In this document: positions 24,301 through 37,974 of the stretch, piece by piece
Layout of the letters: each line of letters opens with the position of its first letter
How positions within the stretch are numbered: the stretch's first letter is position 1
Assembly (NCBI GenBank): GCA_028534125.1
Contig: CM052817.1
Location: 41,666,001-41,730,000 of the forward strand
Direction of reading: 5' to 3'
DNA from: Lama glama
Taxonomy: Eukaryota
Length of the DNA stretch: 64,000 nt
Notes under the pieces: model-generated
What the model was told of the DNA's origin: nothing
The model's input: the letters and a program-made list of their open reading frames with translations, nothing else
The model's database searches: none
Made by a program: the position numbers and the translations under genes

Positions 24301-26644
24301 AGTGAAATTTGCCATTTGCAACAACATGGATGGACCTGGAGGGTAATAAGCTTAGTGAAATAAGTCAGAGAAAGACAAATACTATATGTTTTCACTTATA
24401 TGTGGAACCTAAAAAATAAAATAAATGAATAAATATGCAAAACAGAAACTAACTCACAGATATAGAGAACAAACTAGTGGTTACCAGAGGGGAGAGGGAA
24501 AGGGTGTGGGACAACACAGGGGTATGAGATTAAGAAGTACAAAATACTATATACAAAGTTGATAAGCTATAAGGATATATTATACAGCACAGGGAATATG
24601 GCCAATATTTTATAATAACTTAAAATGGAGTATAATCCATAAAAATACTGAATTGCTATGTTGTACACCTGAAATTAATACAAATTGTAAATCAACTATA
24701 CTTCAATAAAAAAGTTGTCCAAAATGTTTTTTTAAAAGAGAAAATAAAGATTAGACATATAAATGTATATATTTATATTAGCAGAGAAAAAAGTATGAAA
24801 GGATATATACTACCGGTAGGGGATGTTTAGAAGTACAAAAAGATTATTTAGTTTTGTCTAAACTGATATTATTTTTGTTGTTCAAAATATAGGTATTACT
24901 ATGCTTCCCCTAAAAAGGTATTTCTGTGTCAAATTTTGGTGATTGTGAGGGTAACTCTTGTGCCTGGAAAAATTAATTATAGCTATTTGGATTCTTTAAA
25001 TTAATATCAAATTTAATCAATTCACAAAATCACAGACCTGTTTTACCTAATGTTTTAAGTTATATTTTCTTCATTATTCTTTTCATAAATTGAGAAAATT
25101 TTAATAATCTTTCAAGAGAGCTTTTGATTAATGAAAGTAACTAGTCTAATGTAAACAAACCGAGATTTCTTAACAATCCCTACCATTTACAAACTTAGTT
25201 AATTAAATTCTTTGAAACACTTTCAACTACTCATGTATAAATTTGTTATTATCCTTCTTTTGAAGTAATTCAATAACTTCAAGTTAGCAATTTGCTAGAG
25301 TACTTAAACTTTAGTAACCCTAATATATTAAACTCTAAGTGTAAAGACAGTTAAGACTCATTAATAAAATCAAAGATTATTGTATAACTTTTGACCTACA
25401 AATCGCAAGTCTCAAAAAATTATTCAGATACACATTTAATTGGAATCTAAGGCTCACTTGCTAAATACTATTTCCAATTCCCTGATTAAAACATTTCAAA
25501 TATCAAATAAAATGATGGATGAAATTATTATAAAAATATGCATTTCTAGATTTAACAAAAACATAGTAAGGTTATGCTAACAATTTACCCTTTATCATCT
25601 ATATTTGCAATTCTAATACTTCTAGAGTTTTAAAGAAAATTATCCACATCAAGAAAAAGAGAAATTTGGGATCACCATGTTTTGCAGAATGAAAGATAAA
25701 AAATGGACTCCAGACATCCAGATGGATTTTTTTTCTTGCCCATGAAGGACACACTGGGCCACTAGTCACTATAACAACCATCAATTCAAGGCCATACTTT
25801 CTAAATAGAGTTGGGTAATAGCACCACACCTCTCAACCCAGGCAATTTTAGCAGAGATTATCTTCTGTTTTGAGTCATACCCTACTTACTTTAACACTTA
25901 CTAGGATTCAATGAATCTAGACTCTGCTTCATACCATTCTGAATTTGTTTCATATTCTTACAGACTAGCCAGGGCACAATTCTTAAGAATATTTAAGTGG
26001 TATCTGACTATATCCCTGTATCTCTCAGAGCTATGCTGATTCTGTGGTTACATCAGTCCCAGCAATGACAACTGTAGAAAAATGTGCTTTTTCAAGTGGT
26101 TATGGACAAATATTAATTTAAATATATATGAGATTTTAGTTTAATGATGTATATAGAGTCACTATTCTATCCAGCCCAGGGATGAGTTCCCTGAAATGCG
26201 AGTCAGAGATGAATGAAATTAATAGCGCTTATTTCTCACATAAGCTATAAGGATAAGCTATAAGGATATATTATACATGTGTTCCATGTCCTTATATGGC
26301 CAGTCATGTCTTCTCTTATTCACATCCTTTGAAGCAAACAGATGCCTGCAGCACACATTTTGCTGGCAATTCTTGATATGCTTTTTATCACTTTTCTTTA
26401 GGCTCCATTGATATTTATAATGTCCTTTGTAAAGGAAAACATTTCCACTAATTTCTTATTGACTACTGCTCTTTACCTACTTGGTTGTTACCTTAAATGT
26501 GCTTCTCTGCCCCAAGACAGTAAAACTTTAGATTTTCCTATCCCATGTGATTTGCCTACCTTGATTAGCCAGACATGATAGGGGTTAAAACCAGTTATAA
26601 AAACCTAAAGTATTGGCCAACAACACTCAGAAATTACAAGATAC

Positions 26645-27115
26645 GAGGCAGTCATTGCTAATGGTGCTCTGATACTCATTTTTCCTTTCTTCTGTAATAA
26701 TAAAAATTTTGGCTAGATCTGTCATTGTTCACCAAAAACTGAATTTCTAGGAGTCCCTTGCAGCTAGGAATGGCTAGTTGACTAAGCTCTTAAAAAATGG
26801 ATGCGAGAGGAAGCAACTTCTTGTCATTCTCTTAAATAGAAATGTCCATACCCTCTCTGTTCTTCCCCTTGTCCATATCAGCTGGAGTTATGTCCAGTGC
26901 CAGAGAAGTCACCTTAGAGTACATAATGGACATAGTGGAAGATGTATGTTTAGGATGGCTGAGCACCAATATGGAAGGAGCACAGGTCCCCACCACTACA
27001 GGCCACCATTGCAGACTAGATGCTTAGAGTCAGCCTAATACTTAAGTGAAATTAAAAAAAAAAATCTTATACTTTCCCATCCATTACTACTTCAAAAGAC
27101 TTCTAACTAGTAATG
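26645..27115 (+). mobile_element. Old MaLR LTR (MLT1I/J-like)
   Basis: tcccttgcagctaggaatggctagttgactaagctct...ttaggatggctgagcaccaatatggaaggagcacaggtccc. Confidence 0.7.
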
Positions 27116-27436
27116 CAAGCCAAGAAGATGCACAGAAAAGTGCCAAAGTAGTAGTTTTTACTGGTTGAGCACAAGTAATAGACTTTATTCAATTGAATTG
27201 ATTGGGTAGGAGAACAAATTTAGTTATAGTTAACTGTACCATTCAGTATTGTAATTAATGTTTATATATGTAAAAAGCTTCTGTATCAAATAACTATATT
27301 TCTGAGCAAATACGGATGTACCTCTTCATTGGTAGGAGGTAAATAAATTTGGCCTGTGCCTGATACTTTGCAAAAGCATGTATATCTATCCTGGCATTAA
27401 CACATTAAATTAAGAAATACGGTTCAAAATAGCTCT

Positions 27437-27510
27437 AGGCAGTATAGCATAATATTAAGGGAAGGAGCTTTAGCTTAAAAGGGTTCTGGATTTGCATTAC
27501 AGCTATTTCA
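27437..27510 (+). mobile_element. MIR 5' part (continues at 28889)
   Basis: aggcagtatagcataatattaagggaaggagctttag...ctggatttgcattacagct. Confidence 0.6.
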
Positions 27511-27514
27511 ACAG

Positions 27515-28335
27515 ATTAGGAGTTGCCTCACACATCTCAGCCAAACCAGAGGACTTCTATCTAAGAAGAGGAGCCAAAGAGAAAGAAGGCATTATCTCAA
27601 AACAATCTGTGAGTATGGCTTTCGTCTAATGGAGTGAATGTCATGGAAATCCATGGAAGGCCCAAAAGTCCTTGAAAAAATTCTATCAGCAGAAACATCT
27701 CAATCTTGGCCTTAAAAGAACAGAGGAGGTACAGATGAAAAGAGGTTGTCAGACCCTCTGAAATTCTACTTGTGAGAAGCAGGCGGATAATCTACTCAAC
27801 TGTGTAAGTGTGCTACTTTTCATAACAAGGAAGGATGACTCAGAGGGTGAACCAAAGAGCCCAGAGGGTAGAACAAAAAGCCACAGAGAATTATTCAGAG
27901 TTTTTACAAAGTAATCAAGAAACTCTGGATTACAGAACCACTTTGGACCAGAACTGCTTTTTATGTTCCATTTCTCTTCTTTTGAATCAGAATGTTTATA
28001 ACTATTATCCGATATGCCTGTCTCACCATGTATGTTGGGAATGTTGTGAACAGGTAATTTTTCTGCTTACTTTCTTAGTCCACAGATGGAGGGGAAGTGT
28101 GCCCCAGGAGTTATATTTATGAATAATAGTAGGAGCCTCATCTGCACCTGCAATAAGATAATTTGGATGATGAGATGTTTTTACTTTAAGATAAGGAGAT
28201 TTAGATATAATTTTGGACTTGATCTGAATTGATTATGGAATTTCTATTTAGATGATGGGACTTGGACTACAGCTGATGGTATGATGGGATGAGTCTTTCA
28301 GGGACTTCAGAAGGGGAGTGAATATATTTTGCATT
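27515..28335 (+). mobile_element. MaLR internal region (MLT1-int) 3' part
   Basis: cagagggtagaacaaaaagccacagagaattattc...tttggacttga...gatgggatgagtctttcagggac...ggggagtgaatatattttgcat immediately before an LTR. Confidence 0.75.
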
Positions 28336-28888
28336 TGTAAGCACAATTCTAAGAGGGCCTCCAAGATTTCTATCCCCTGGTGTATACACCTTGTATAGTC
28401 ACCTTCCTTCAAATATGGGTGGAACCTGTGAATATGGTGGAAGAGTCACTCATTTTGGTGATAGGATGTTCACTTTACATTATATAAGACTCCATCACAA
28501 TAATCTATAAAGACATTAGAAGGATTAGATCCTGCTGGCCTAGAAGAAAGCCAACACTCACACTGTGAACTTCCTATGGCATCAGCTGGAAAGGAACTGT
28601 GGGCAGCCTCGAGTTGCTAACAGTGGTCCCCAGGCAACAGCTAGCAAGAAAACAGGGACCTTAGTCACAGCCACTTTAAGGGAAATGAATCATGCCAAGA
28701 ATAAATGAGCTTGTGGGAAGCCCTCAAGCTTCAGATAAGAATCTCAGGCGTGGTGAGACCCTGAACATGGGACTGAGCTAACCTGTACCTGTACTTCTGA
28801 TTTATAGAACTGTGAAATAATAAATGGGAACTGTTTGTAGCCACCAAGTTTATGGTAATTTGTTGCACCACAATATAAGTCTAATATA
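28336..28888 (+). mobile_element. MaLR LTR (MLT1E/F-like)
   Basis: tgtaagcacaattctaagagggcctccaaga...acagctagcaagaaaacagggaccttagtc...gccaccaagtttatggtaatttgttgcaccacaatataagtctaatata. Confidence 0.85.
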
Positions 28889-29078
28889 GCTACTAATAAG
28901 CCATGTTACCTTCAGTAAAATTCTATAACAGACTCACTAAGCCTCAGTTTCTGAATCAGTAAAGTAAGATACTAATACCTATGTCAAACCATAGCCTATT
29001 GAATGAAATAATTTTGATTAAGCCAAAGCAAAATGTCAGGCACCTAGTGAGCAATTAATAATACGTATATATCATTAT
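28889..29078 (+). mobile_element. MIR 3' part
   Basis: gctactaataagccatgttaccttcag...aagcctcagtttctgaatcagtaaagtaagatactaatacct. Confidence 0.7.
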
Positions 29079-29584
29079 TTCCAAGAAAATTATAAAAACC
29101 TTAAATTTTTCTCTCAACTGACTATATTAACTTATTCATCAAAAGTTTAACCTCAGGTCATCTAATCTGTTCTGCTCACGTATTTATTTTCCACTTTTGG
29201 AAAGCACTGCTGTACATCACAGATCAAACTCAAATATTTTTGCCTAAAGCTCTACTTGAATCCTCTCAGACAGCATTAATCAGTCCATCCTCTGAGCAAC
29301 CACAGTATTTGTTGGTTGTAGTTCTATTTAAGGCATACTTTATCCTACCCTCTATCTGGCTGTTTGCTTGCCTATATTCCCCACAAATGGCCAGCTATTG
29401 GAAACCAGTTTTATTGTTCTTGATATCTCTGTCTTGGACCTCACCTCAGGCTAGGCCCACATCTAGCAGTTAGATTTCTCAAACAGGCTTTTATTCCCTT
29501 CCTATGCAGGATTCTGGAAAAACAGACAGCCCTTCTGTGCCATTAGGCAGATTACTTCTAGGCCACTCTTTCACCAAGTGTATA

Positions 29585-30017
29585 TGTCACAGATTGGGTT
29601 CTCCAAAAAGCAGACTGAAAAAGAGTTTAGTGCTCAAGCCATTTGTTAGGAATGCTCTTGGGATTAACATCTCTGGGAGGGAAAAAATAGGAAATCAGAC
29701 TGGACAGTGGAAGAAGCTGAGTTGTGATGCAACTACATAAAATGCCCCTGCTGACCCTCTGTGTGCCTTTGGAATTGGTGTAGCCCTTTATAATTGTTTT
29801 TCACTGAGGAAACGGGGCCAGTCCTTTATACCACTGTGGATCAGTACTTGGATGCTGGTTGCCCTGGAAAAGGGGTGTGGCTTTGGTGACAGCTCTCTTT
29901 AGCTGGGACAATTTCCAAAGGGGATTGGCAGCAAAGGACAGTCTACCAGGCACTCCTAACAACTGGAATTATAAGTCTTTTATTGAAAAGGGATCAAGAA
30001 GTACATCACTCACCACA
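29585..30017 (-). mobile_element. ERVL solo LTR, LTR16A-like
   Basis: tgtcacagattgggttctcc...aagcagact...tgctcttgggattaacatct...aagctgagttgtgatgca...ccaca. Confidence 0.75.
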
Positions 30018-31639
30018 GTGCAGACTTTAAGAGCCCCAACTTCCCTCCTCTGGTGGGCTTGAGATCTCATCTCCTATTTCTATAAGAGCATAAACAACAC
30101 TCTAACTTACTGACATCACAATTACAAATTCCATTTCCACCGTATTCCACCCCTCACCCCAGGACCAGGTGCATTAATAGTTCATGAGTTTCTAGTTCCT
30201 GTTTATACTTAGAGGAGTCATCCAAACCAAAACATCTTGGAAGTCCATCTTGGAAGCATTTGAATGGTAGGACTGTCCCAGGCAAAAGGGGAAGTATATT
30301 ATTTATTTCAAGTATCTTTTTCTCTTGTGATTTTTATCCACGAGGTCAATTGTTTGGTTACTGTATTTCATCCCCCAGCATTTCTATGTATATGTGGGAA
30401 GTTTCCATATTATCTTAGTCCACCACCTTGCAAGAAAGAAAATGTATATTTGCAATTTTTAAAACTTAACTTGACTTTATCAGAATTGCATCAGATGTAA
30501 TATATGCATAGTCTATCATATTTTATAACAAGTTAAAATACAGCACCATTTGTGTAATAAATAGTAATTTATCCATTGATTTAAAATATTTATTATATTT
30601 GAGTCCCAAACACATATAAACATGCACAAAGATATATGACCACTCAAATCTGTTCTTAAGTTTTCTATTTATCTCCATGAATCTGCTTATCTATTTCTGT
30701 ACCAATGTCACATTGATTAGATATTTGTAGACTCATAATTTTTTTACTCTAGAGATCTTCTTATGCTCTCCTTGAACATAGGCTGACTGTTACTTAAAAG
30801 AAATACTAAAATCGCCTTTAAAATTGCACAGACTCCCACTGGAAATTTGATTGGCACTTATCACAGTATTTAGAATGCACATGTTTTTGTTATTTGTCTA
30901 ATCATTATTTACTTAAAAAATTATTTTATATTTATTATTTTTTCCTTTACAGAATTTGTTATTGTAGATATAGGAAAAACTATCTGCTTTTTTCCTGTAT
31001 ACACTGTGTAGTTATCTACTTTATTGAAAATACATTCTAGTTTTTATAGCTTGGGTATTTGAATCTAAGGTGAAGCATTCTCTCTTTTGCCCATTCCATA
31101 CAAATGTATCAATTTTTCTGTTTTGAGTAGTGCAGCACATCATTGTAACTAGAGATTGACCATGCTGATAATAACCACAAGAAGGAATGCATGACTGTGG
31201 TTTCTTTAGCCATCTAATTCTAAGCAAAATTCCACTATGGTTTAGCTTATCGGAGGGTCCTCCTATATTTTTCCCTTTGTATAAAAACAAAGACCACCAT
31301 AGTGACCACCCAGAAGTAAAAGATTTGTTCCTAGGAGGATATGGAGAGAGAAAAAGAAGTTTGCTTAAACACATGTTCTTGTTTATATTATACTTTTAGA
31401 CAACTTTAAATTGAGATTTCAAAATAAAATACAGTTTCTATCTTATTTAGTTATTTTTAAAACATCTGCTGTGACACAATAATACCAATTAAAACACAGT
31501 CTTATCTAGGATCAGAGGAAATCGTAAAATGCAATCTTCAGATAACTGAATTACTATAAAAATGAGTATGGGGACAGGAAAAAAATGAAATGCTTTTATA
31601 ACAGTTCACCAAAGAAACAGTAATCTGTTCATTGCAGGT

Positions 31640-32040
31640 TACCCATTCCTCCTGGGGACTTGGCATTCCAGCTGTCCTGAACTTTTTTCAGTTCTCCCAA
31701 GATACCATGATATCTCTTGGTTTGGGGGCATTTCATGCCCGTCTGCTTCTCTTCCCCATTCCTCATATCTGTCCGCCCATCAAGAATCAGTTTAGATGTC
31801 TCATTGTGCAGGAGGGTTTCTCTGGTGAATGCTTTTGGAAAGGGTCTCAGTTATTTTCTCCCATTTGTAATGGTATTTCTCCTTATACTTTTGTTTTTTA
31901 CATTTTTGTCTCAGAAAAAAATTTGAATTTTGAGAAGAGGGGGCACTCTTATTTAGAACTGGATCTTCAACAATTAACAAGGAGCTTGGCAAGTTGTAAG
32001 TGCTTATTAAATAACTGTAGAATAAATGAAAGACTACATA
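31640..32040 (+). mobile_element. L2 LINE 3' fragment
   Basis: ccagctgtcctgaactttttcagttctccc...gtaagtgcttattaaataactgtagaataaatgaa. Confidence 0.65.
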
Positions 32041-32062
32041 AATGATTTTTTTAAAAAAGCAG

Positions 32063-32433
32063 TGTGATAGTTGCATAATATAACCACTTAGCTAAGCTGA
32101 AACTATGTTTCTCAGAACTCTCTTCCTGTATAGTTCCTGGCTAAAGTTAGGCAAAAGAGAAATGTCACAAGGCTTGGAAACTGGAAATTACGCAGTGGCC
32201 ATTGGGCTGTGAATGTCACTGCGGTTAGCTACGGTGAAACAGATGTAGAGGGGATGGTGGGTCCTATTTGTTCTCTATCTCCCCTGCCCTTTGTCCAGCT
32301 CTTCTTCCTTTCAGACATCTACTTATCTCCCAGCTTCTTCCACAACTATGTAAGGTCTAATTCCTGCAATGGGTCCATTATTCTATAATGCTCATAGTAG
32401 TTCTCCTTTTCTGATAAAGCCTCAATTGATACA
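32063..32433 (+). mobile_element. ERVL-type solo LTR (subfamily uncertain)
   Basis: TG...CA bounded: tgtgatagttgc...cttagctaagctgaaactatgtttctcagaa...taaggtctaattcctgcaat...ctgataaagcctcaattgataca. Confidence 0.7.
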
Positions 32434-34769
32434 AAGAGTAATAATCATATTTCTCTCTCTTTCAGGTTATTTCATACATCGTTAAAAATGCCAAAGATTT
32501 GAATTAAGGTTAGTGATCTCCTAGGAGATTTTCACTGCAGAAAAACTTTGAACCAATATGGTAATTTAAAAAGACAGTCTAGCTTTATGGAGAATTTATG
32601 AAAGCCATAAAGTAGACTAAATCAGGGTAAGATAAATAAAGATTTTTCTCTGGCCTTGGACATGTTTCTTAGACTTGTGAAGAGGCTGTCTGCAGCTGTG
32701 GGCAAACCTACACATAACATAATCCCAAATAAAAAATGACTCTGATGAGATCTAGAGGGTTTTTTAATATTTAAAGAAAAAAAAAGCTTAAGGAGACTAG
32801 GTCCATATTGAAGTGAATAAAGTTATGGAAAATCAGCAATAAAATATGGAATAAAGCTATGGAATGAATTAAGTTAGTAAATAAATTCAGTGTAAAATTT
32901 GTGTAAATCAACATCATTTCTACTACCGTTAAATCCCCATAACACTGACATCAAATAATTCCAGTTTGTTATGTTTATGGAAAATCTGTGCTATACTCTA
33001 ACGACAGGAACAACAATAAAACAATTCCACAAAGAAATTAAATAATGGCTGTATCAAAATTGCCATGGATATAGAATAGTCAGTATTATTTGATCTTTCT
33101 CCCCCATTTCTTAACAAAGATGAGAATGGTGGCTGAAAGGAGCAAAATAAAACAACAAAACTAAACAAATAAAACAAACGGCAATTCTGCTCACATTTTT
33201 CTTCTATGCTTTTAAAGTACAACCATAATCGTTAACTGTCCTCTACTCAAAAGTTTTTGATGAACACAGAATGAAATTCAAAGTATAACCATGGCATTTA
33301 AGTTTCTCTCTTTAGTCAGATCTCCAACTACCATTTTAAATCTTTTTTCTCATAAACTTATCTAATACACATTTGGTTGTGTAGGTATTATACAAATTCT
33401 ACATCAGTTTTTGGACTGTGAGTACCTAGAGAACCAGCTCAACATATTGACCAACTTTATACTCTCCTTCAGAGCCTAACACAGTTCCTGGTATGTAATA
33501 GGCATTTGAAAAGATTTATTGAATTAAAGTGTTTAAACCATGCTAAAAAAGAAACAGGAAGTTTTAGGCACGAATATTACACAAATCAAGTTTTATGTCT
33601 TTTTGCGGTCATGACTTGTATTTTTTATAAAAATATAAATATATTTTTCAAAATAATTTGAGTGAGCTTCACCATTTCTTTTCCAGAGTTAATTTTAAGA
33701 ATAAAACCCCAGGACAGTACAATAAACATTAATAATGCTTTCCTGCTGCTTCAATATTTGGAAGAGTGTAGGAATTCTCCTTGGCCAAGATAATTTACCC
33801 TGATTTTACCCATATTTGAGAAAGCTTACTTCTGCTTTCTGGTCACTTTTGACATATAATTCTCTCCATTTTGCTAGCTTTGTTAAATATGCCATCTTTA
33901 CATGACTGACATACATTTTTTTTGTAAACAAATTAATAAAAAAATTTAGAAAGGGAAATATTGTTATGTCTATATTAATATCATTTAGGTCCACAAACTT
34001 AGGTCATTTAGAAATTGTTTATTATCCTTTATTGTTTATATAATGAATATGTTATGAAACATAGACCCATGAGGAAACATCAGTTTAATTCAACTTAGAT
34101 TGCAAAAATAAAAAACTGACTTTTTGAAAAAGTTAGAACTAATGTTTAATAATGAAAAAAAGTCTACATTAATTTGCTAATACCTAATACTGAACTAGCA
34201 ATATGAATAATGGAATCACAGATCTGGTAAGAATCTATGGAAACTTTCAGGATAGAGGCACTGTCTTGACATTAGAAAGATTGCAAAAGAATGTAAGTTT
34301 GGTATTAATAAGTTAGCTATCAACAAATGTTTTGAATAAATAAAGTCAAAATGACAAAAATGCCTACAGAAAAATTCTTGAAATATTGATATCTCCATTG
34401 GTGGTAAGTCCAATTATTTGTAGTCATGAGAAACACAATTTAAAATTACTTTTTAGTGAATTTTGAATACCAAATAACTCTTTGATTAATAAGATATTTT
34501 AAAAATTGAATTTTAGTAGTTATCAAATATCTGGCATTTTAATTCTAATTTTAATTTTAATTATTTTAAAAATCCTGTCCAATGTCTCATGTAAAATAAT
34601 GAAGAGAGACTATAAAAACTGACTTACCAGAACATAAGAAAAAACAAATATTTATGGGTTATGAGAACAGAAAAATAGTATTGATTTCTAGGTATGGTTT
34701 GAATAATAATTCTTATTATTTTAAAATTGTTCTTCACATGAAATGATTAAAACTCAAACAATGATACAA

Positions 34770-35138
34770 TAGAAGCCAGCAAATATTTCCTGTAAATTTT
34801 TAGATAATAAGTATTTCAGGCCCTGTGGGCCATAGAGTTCTGTGGCAACTACTCAATGCTGCCATTACAGCAGAAAGCAGCCAAAATATTTCAAAGACAA
34901 ATGAGTGTGGCCATTCCAAAAATTTTTGAAAAATATTAAGAAAATAAAATTCCAATAAAACTTTATTTATGGACATTGAAATTCATCATAATTTTCATGT
35001 GTCATAAAATATTATCCCTCTTTTGATGTTTTCTTAAAATCATTTCTAAAAAATGTAAGAACCATTCTTAGCTCCTGAGTGTACAAAAACAAGTGGTGGG
35101 TCAGAATTGGCCTGTGGGGCATAGTTTACCAACTCCTG
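34770..35138 (+). mobile_element. hAT-Charlie DNA transposon, MER58B-like
   Basis: cagcaaatatttcctgtaaa...caactactcaatgctgcc...ttccaataaaactttatttatggaca...aaccattcttagctc...tagtttaccaactcctg. Confidence 0.9.
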
Positions 35139-37974
35139 ACACAGAGTACAGAGGAGCCCATCAGCTGAGCTCTGCTGCGGGGTAAAAACCTTAAGCTCAC
35201 AGACAGCAGTCGGACATAGAAAAATAACCATATGTTTTTGTACTTGGAGAATAAACCATAATACATTTGTATAAAGATAAACAGATGCAGTGACACTGTG
35301 CAAAGGCAACCAGCCATATACCAGAACCATACTTCCTTCACAGGAAAAAAAAAAAAAGAAAACAAACTTGGGGCACAGAAAACAAAACAAAAAAATTAAT
35401 GAAGCCATACAGATCAATCTGTCATGCTATTTGATTTTTTTAGTTGGAGAACTATTACAATGGATTTGAAATAGGCACACTATTTTCTATATTCAAACTA
35501 CCTAAAGTGCAAAGCAGAGGCACATGGGTTTCCTTTGAAAGGATAAAATTTTGGTGGACAACAAGGGGTGTAAATGGAGGACATGTGTTTTTCCCTTCAT
35601 TCCAACAACTTGGGTAACCAATATTTTCCTGAAGGTGGAGAGAGCGGAGTCTGCACAATATAGCTCTCAGATATCTCTAATGAGAGAAGACTATGGGCAT
35701 GATGGGAGGATTGCCCTAAAACTTCAAACTAGCCCTTCATTACCAAAAGTACGAAAGGAAAGAAACAGGCCTATTTGAGCCAGTCTTTTTTATTTATTCA
35801 TGTAAAAGTACAAAAATACTTGCTAGTAAAATGAATTGAGTGGATGTTTCTGCTGGCCACAGAGCTCTAAAGAAAACTTCACTGCTCATTGCACAAGAAT
35901 TAGAAAGGGAGACTTTGAGTTTCTCAGGTAGTGACAAAGACCTACCTAGGGTTTACCGTCAATTGGATTATGTTAGATTTCTACTTCCCATTCAGTTTCA
36001 CTTCTACTTTCATTGTTCACTTATCACCCTGAAGAGTAAAAGGTGAACTTGATAACTGAACAGTAGAGTTTTCTAAGCAATCTTCTAAGTATTTGTTCTG
36101 CATGATTTATGGTCCTTTAATTTCATTCATTCATATTTTGTCATAATATATAATTGAGAAAACACTGAAGAATGGTTTCAAAAATCAATCAAATGAAATG
36201 GAAAAAAAGCACTAAATTTTAATGTCTTACAGAGTTTAGCATTTCTCACCCATGATGTTTATTTGTTTGTTTTTTTTCTTTTGTTAGATCTGACTCCAAA
36301 GGAGACAATTTCTCATTTCGCCTAATGCCTATGGGTTCTACTCCCCTGTCTCAAAGAGCAGACCAAATGTTATATTTTGATTCTTTCTATAAAACAACCA
36401 GGCAGAAATAGTAGAGAAATAAACCACTGCCCCAGAATCTTCCTCTTCCCTCTTCAAACTATTATAGACTTGCCTCTATCTCATTTGGTTACTATTGACC
36501 TAGAAAACCTCAGACTGCCCTGATCTCTAAGACTAGGATGCTTGTTGCCTCTTGACGATTAATGACTTTAAAAAATGAGTATCTAGTTTCACACAGGAGG
36601 TAGGCAAAAGTAAAAAGGATTGTTGCCACCCTTACAGGAGCAGAACCTTTGACAATCTGCAAACACAACTTTTCTTGAACTCATAGAAGAGCTGAAGTCA
36701 TAGACTGACTCACATGAACCCTAAGGAAAGGCAGGCATCTCCACAGACAGAATGCAAGCACGTGCTTACCTGGAGCAGATACCAATGAACATATGGAAGA
36801 ATTCAGCTGAAATTTTTAACAAATTGCCAAAGGCTGACTGTAGGATAGCAAGAGAATACAGAACATAGGAGAACTATGGAAATGAAGGAAATTCATACAA
36901 GCTCCCAGGCTCTTCTTGCAAATAAAGACCAATGAGTGTCATAAGAAAGTGTCTTATAAGGTGCAGGCCTAGTGGAGTTGAAGGTACAACACCGGCCCAG
37001 ATTCTTCCCCACATTTCCCTGTGGAAAAAAGAAAGGCTTAAATGGTGGGGAAGTGGCAACAAACACTCACACCCTATTGACAAAGTGCTTACTTATCCCT
37101 AGTTCTTAAGCAAGGGAAAAACGCTCTGTCCCTCACCCACAGCAACATGGCAAGTACTGAGCAACAGCAGTCTTCTTACTCTTAGGAGTGGGACAGGAGG
37201 TTGTAGGAAGACAATCTAAGGCACGGTGCAAAGGGAAGACCTAAAATTCAAGGTGGAGCAGCCTAAAATACATACATTAGAACACAAGAAAAAAAGAAAA
37301 ATAAAAAAATCAATAGTTCCTAAGCATTCATCTTGGATAGAAAAAATAATACTAACAAATAAAGAAAAATACAATGAATGGAATATAAAAGAGAAAAGCA
37401 ATAGAGTGGAAGGAACCTCAGAGACAAATTGGGATCTTGGATAATAACAACAAAAATGTCATCTTCTGATACTGATCAAAAAGAGAGAGAGGAAGCATAA
37501 TCAGTTCCAAGAACGAAAAAGGAACATTACTTTGGATCATACAGACTTTAAAAAAGGTTATAGAGAATTTTACAAAGTGTATGCAAATGAATTGGAAAGT
37601 CTGTGAGGACATAAAATTCCTAGAAAAGCACATCCTACTACATTGACATAAGGAGAAGATCATAGCCTTCAATCCATAAATAACATATTTCTTACAGCAG
37701 AACTCTGGCTCAAATAGTTTCATCAGTAAGTTTTACCAATTACTTAAGGAAGAAATAATGTCAATCTTGTAAAAACTCTTTTAGAATACTGAAAAAGAGA
37801 AAACACATCCAAACTTATTTTATGGGGCTAAGATAATTGTGATGCCAAAATCTGAACAAAACATTACAGGGAGACAAAATCACAGGCTGACCTCACCGAT
37901 GAATATAGCTACAGGTATTTATGTTCAAAATATTGACAAATCAATTCTAGTCATATTTAAAAGGATAATATGTA

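Larger units (their letters stand above)
20504..24714 (+). mobile_element. LINE-1 with partial 5' UTR, no ORF1, decayed ORF2 and complete 3' UTR
   Basis: Starts ...gatcaagatggtagagtagg (L1 5' end), ORF2-like from about 20973, ends tgtaaatcaactatacttcaataaaaaa; candidate TSD ttgtccaaa at 20495-20503 and 24715-24723. Confidence 0.93.

Noticed and set aside
21861..24395. Cluster of ORFs resembling reverse transcriptase pieces
   Set aside because: Fragments of a dead L1 ORF2 and its antisense; not a host gene
31021..32076. Overlapping ORFs of 70-137 aa
   Set aside because: No recognisable domain, overlap L2/L1 debris, no convincing splice context
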